Shown piece after piece: positions 61,786-64,000 of a stretch of DNA of 64,000 bases. This stretch comes from an uncultured Gemmatimonadaceae bacterium (GTDB lineage: Bacteria > Gemmatimonadota > Gemmatimonadetes > Gemmatimonadales > Gemmatimonadaceae): positions 320,001-384,000 of the forward strand of contig CAWBOC010000009.1 in assembly GCA_963790305.1 (NCBI GenBank), in the 5' to 3' direction. Within the stretch, counting starts at the first letter, position 1. Every line of letters begins with the position of its first letter. The position numbers and the translations under genes are program-made. Below the pieces are notes generated by a model. That model was not told the origin of the DNA and searched no databases. It worked only from the letters and a program-made list of their open reading frames with translations.

Positions 61786-62477
61786 GTGCCGATGCCCTCA
61801 GTGAAGCTATAGGGTGCCCACGGCCCTGACACCATGATCGCGAGCGCAGGGTCTTCCTCCCGGAGTGTCTGGAGCGCACCCCGGTATGCATCGATTCTTT
61901 CTCGCGGGACCAGGTGCGACAGCGTGGCCAGCGTCGATCCCGCCACCGCACCAGCGAACGCGTGGGCGCGAACGAGGTCTCCCACCGCGGCGTTCACACG
62001 ATCGCGAATTAGCCCAGCTTTCGCCAGTACGTTTCGTTCCTCGCGTTGCAGGGCAGCAACCCGCTCGAGATACCGACGCCCCCGCTCGGCGCCTTGCCCA
62101 ACCCGCGCCTTCCCAGTGGGCCCGGGTGCAGGCACGAGCATCCGCACGGTCATCTCCACGGCCCCCTCGACCCTCTCCAGCGCCGCCTCCAACAGCGCGC
62201 GGCGCTCCGACAACGCCGCGCGGAGCTCGTTCTCGCCCGCCACGATCTGGCCGAACCGCGCCGGGAGCGGCGTCTCGCTCTCGAGCGCGGCCCGGACAAC
62301 GCGATCGTGGTCGCGCGCGCGCCCCGGCGAGGGCACGACTGTCGTCGCCGCGGACTCGCTCACCCACGCGCCGAGCCCACTCAGGTCGATTGCACGCACC
62401 GGCGCACCATCGATCCCCGGCAGGTTGGGGGGCGGCTCACGTGTCGCGCGGAGGATGCAGTAGAGGTAGATCGCCAA
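61782..62477 (-). CDS. GvpL/GvpF-family gas vesicle protein
   Basis: IYLYCI, HDRVV, PLPARFG, SGPWAPYSF. Confidence 0.88.
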   Translation of the reverse strand: MAIYLYCILRATREPPPNLPGIDGAPVRAIDLSGLGAWVSESAATTVVPSPGRARDHDRVVRAALESETPLPARFGQIVAGENELRAALSERRALLEAALERVEGAVEMTVRMLVPAPGPTGKARVGQGAERGRRYLERVAALQREERNVLAKAGLIRDRVNAAVGDLVRAHAFAGAVAGSTLATLSHLVPRERIDAYRGALQTLREEDPALAIMVSGPWAPYSFTEGIGT

Positions 62478-62694
62478 GCGGATGCGAGAGCCGTCCGCTG
62501 ACGCCGACGGTCCTCCTCTCCAGAGTCTCGAGTGCGCTGATGATCACCGACAGACTCACCGAGATGAGATCAATTCCGGCGATCGAGATGATCACGTCTC
62601 CGGTGATCACAACCCCTTTGTCGAGCACGTGACTGAGCAGATCGCTCAGCACGAGCGCGTCATCGTCGGCCGGCTCCAGTGGTGCGTCCGTCAC
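62437..62694 (-). CDS. GvpA/J-like minor gas vesicle protein (GvpS/GvpM-like)
   Basis: LSDLLSHVLDKGVVITGDVIISIAGIDL. Confidence 0.8.
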   Translation of the reverse strand: MTDAPLEPADDDALVLSDLLSHVLDKGVVITGDVIISIAGIDLISVSLSVIISALETLERRTVGVSGRLSHPLGDLPLLHPPRDT

Positions 62695-63503
62695 GGCGTA
62701 CCCGCATCCGCGGGCGCTCGCACGAAGTGATACGGCGGCCACGGCCCGGTAAAATCGAACCGGAAGCCCCGGGGCTCGTGCTCGCGAACGATCGCGGTCA
62801 GCGACTCCTGAAAGGGCGCCAGTGCACCGCGTCTCACCAGAAAGAATGCGTTGAGGATCGCGACACCCGGCGTGTCATCGCGCCCCTTTGCCGGGAGTGG
62901 CTCGCGCACCGCTTCGAGCGCCAGCGGCGCGAGCGCCTGAAACGCTTCGCGAGCGACGTCGGCGGCAACCCGCTTGAGCTCGGTGCGGCGCTCCGCCTCC
63001 AGCTTGCGCTGCAGCAGATAACGCTGGCCCGGACTCGCCTCCCGCGCCTGTCGCTCGAGTCCTTCGACGGTGGAACTCAGAGCGGCCATGTGCTGGCTGA
63101 GCACCTCATCGAGCCGAAAGACGCGAAGACCGTATTCCTCGCCAACGCCGACTCGCTCGAAAGTCGCGCGCAGCTCTGCCGCTCGCTCGCGGAGCATGTC
63201 CCGCACGCGCGACTCATCATGAAAAAGGGTGAAAATGGGAAGCGGGATGACCGGCCCCCGATCACCCGCCCACGTCACGACCGCATCGTGTGCTGAGGCG
63301 CGAGGAGCCACCCACCCCACCTCTTCCGTGAGGACCTCCACACGCTCGGGCGCATATGCGTTCGTATCGACACTCGAGACGAGCGCCGCCATGTCGCCCT
63401 CGATCACCACGCGCACTGCCGTGTCATCGATGCCCGCCGGTGCCCCCGATGCCTTGAGGGACGCTGGGGCCACGGCGTAGGCGTACAGAACGCGATCAGG
63501 CAA
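62691..63503 (-). CDS. GvpL/GvpF-family gas vesicle protein
   Basis: LYAYAV, AHDAVV, EEYGLRVF, SPGQRYL, ILNAFFLV, FTGPWPPYHFV. Confidence 0.88.
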   Translation of the reverse strand: MPDRVLYAYAVAPASLKASGAPAGIDDTAVRVVIEGDMAALVSSVDTNAYAPERVEVLTEEVGWVAPRASAHDAVVTWAGDRGPVIPLPIFTLFHDESRVRDMLRERAAELRATFERVGVGEEYGLRVFRLDEVLSQHMAALSSTVEGLERQAREASPGQRYLLQRKLEAERRTELKRVAADVAREAFQALAPLALEAVREPLPAKGRDDTPGVAILNAFFLVRRGALAPFQESLTAIVREHEPRGFRFDFTGPWPPYHFVRAPADAGTP

Positions 63504-64000
63504 CGGTGTCCTCGTCGATCGGTCGCCAGGCGGCACACCAGCTTCGAAGCGCAGGGGCGCCCTGCGGCGCCGGCAATGCCATGGGAGCTTCAAACTGACG
63601 CGGGGTGCCCTCCCCGGAAAGGGGAGAGAACGGGAAGGTGACGCGGTTCCAGATCAGCCCGCCGACGAACATCCCTCGCGCGCGACAGGCTTCGATCAGC
63701 CGGCGACTCTCATCTCGAACCACGGGCTCATCGTTTCCGACGACGAGAATCACCGCGCGCTCGGGGTTGCCCATGAGCTCCCGGAGCGCCCGCGTGCGCT
63801 TGGCGAAGTCGAGCATCTCCTTCGCCGCTTCTCCGAGGCCGGCCACCTCCTTGTATTCGAGCATGAGACGCATGAGACGGTGCGTCCACGAGAGCGCCAG
63901 CGCGGGCATCTCGAGCAGGCGGAGCAGGTGCCCGGTCGGCGCGGGATCGACGATCACGTATGCGTACCGGCCGTCAGCGAGAAGCTCGCCTAACGTGACC
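63496..64000 (-). CDS. ArsA/GET3-family ATPase, C-terminal part (5' end outside the window)
   Basis: VIVDPAPTGHLLRLLEMP (DTAPTGH switch II motif), GLIWNRV; reading frame open to the window edge. Confidence 0.8.
   Translation of the reverse strand, partial: VTLGELLADGRYAYVIVDPAPTGHLLRLLEMPALALSWTHRLMRLMLEYKEVAGLGEAAKEMLDFAKRTRALRELMGNPERAVILVVGNDEPVVRDESRRLIEACRARGMFVGGLIWNRVTFPFSPLSGEGTPRQFEAPMALPAPQGAPALRSWCAAWRPIDEDTVA

Overview
A GC-rich (roughly 68-70% by eye) bacterial chromosomal segment, most consistent with Gemmatimonadota (inferred from the gene set; not verified). From left to right it holds: a class II (B12-dependent) ribonucleotide reductase running off the left edge; a MarR-S41 peptidase fusion facing a second S41-like peptidase; a gamma-carbonic-anhydrase-like gene; an amidase plus a zincin/beta-propeller/outer-membrane-barrel gene; a PP2C phosphatase and a two-component/Hpt cluster; a peptidoglycan-recycling cluster (ampG, nagZ, anmK, murQ) beside ggt; an ABC exporter with a kinase/receiver pair; and ccdA. 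It ends with about 33 kb of uninterrupted minus-strand genes: fur, priA, Ala-Glu epimerase, Ser/Thr kinase, an orphan gvpL/F, corA, a deacetylase, a MoxR/DUF58/BatA operon led by a ubiquitin-like protein, glyQS, ypdA, purA, and a gas-vesicle cluster with an ArsA-type ATPase at the right edge. At least six genes carry frameshifts that look like long-read indel errors. I saw no tRNA, rRNA, CRISPR array, integrase or transposase. The most unusual signals are at DNA level: (1) a non-palindromic motif, (G)CCTAACG, iterated at least 17 times across all reading frames, often by way of rare TTA/CTA codons; (2) a set of intergenic hairpins whose arms are tandem 7- or 9-mers, including a 106-bp perfect palindrome and a cloverleaf with two GCGAAGC loops.
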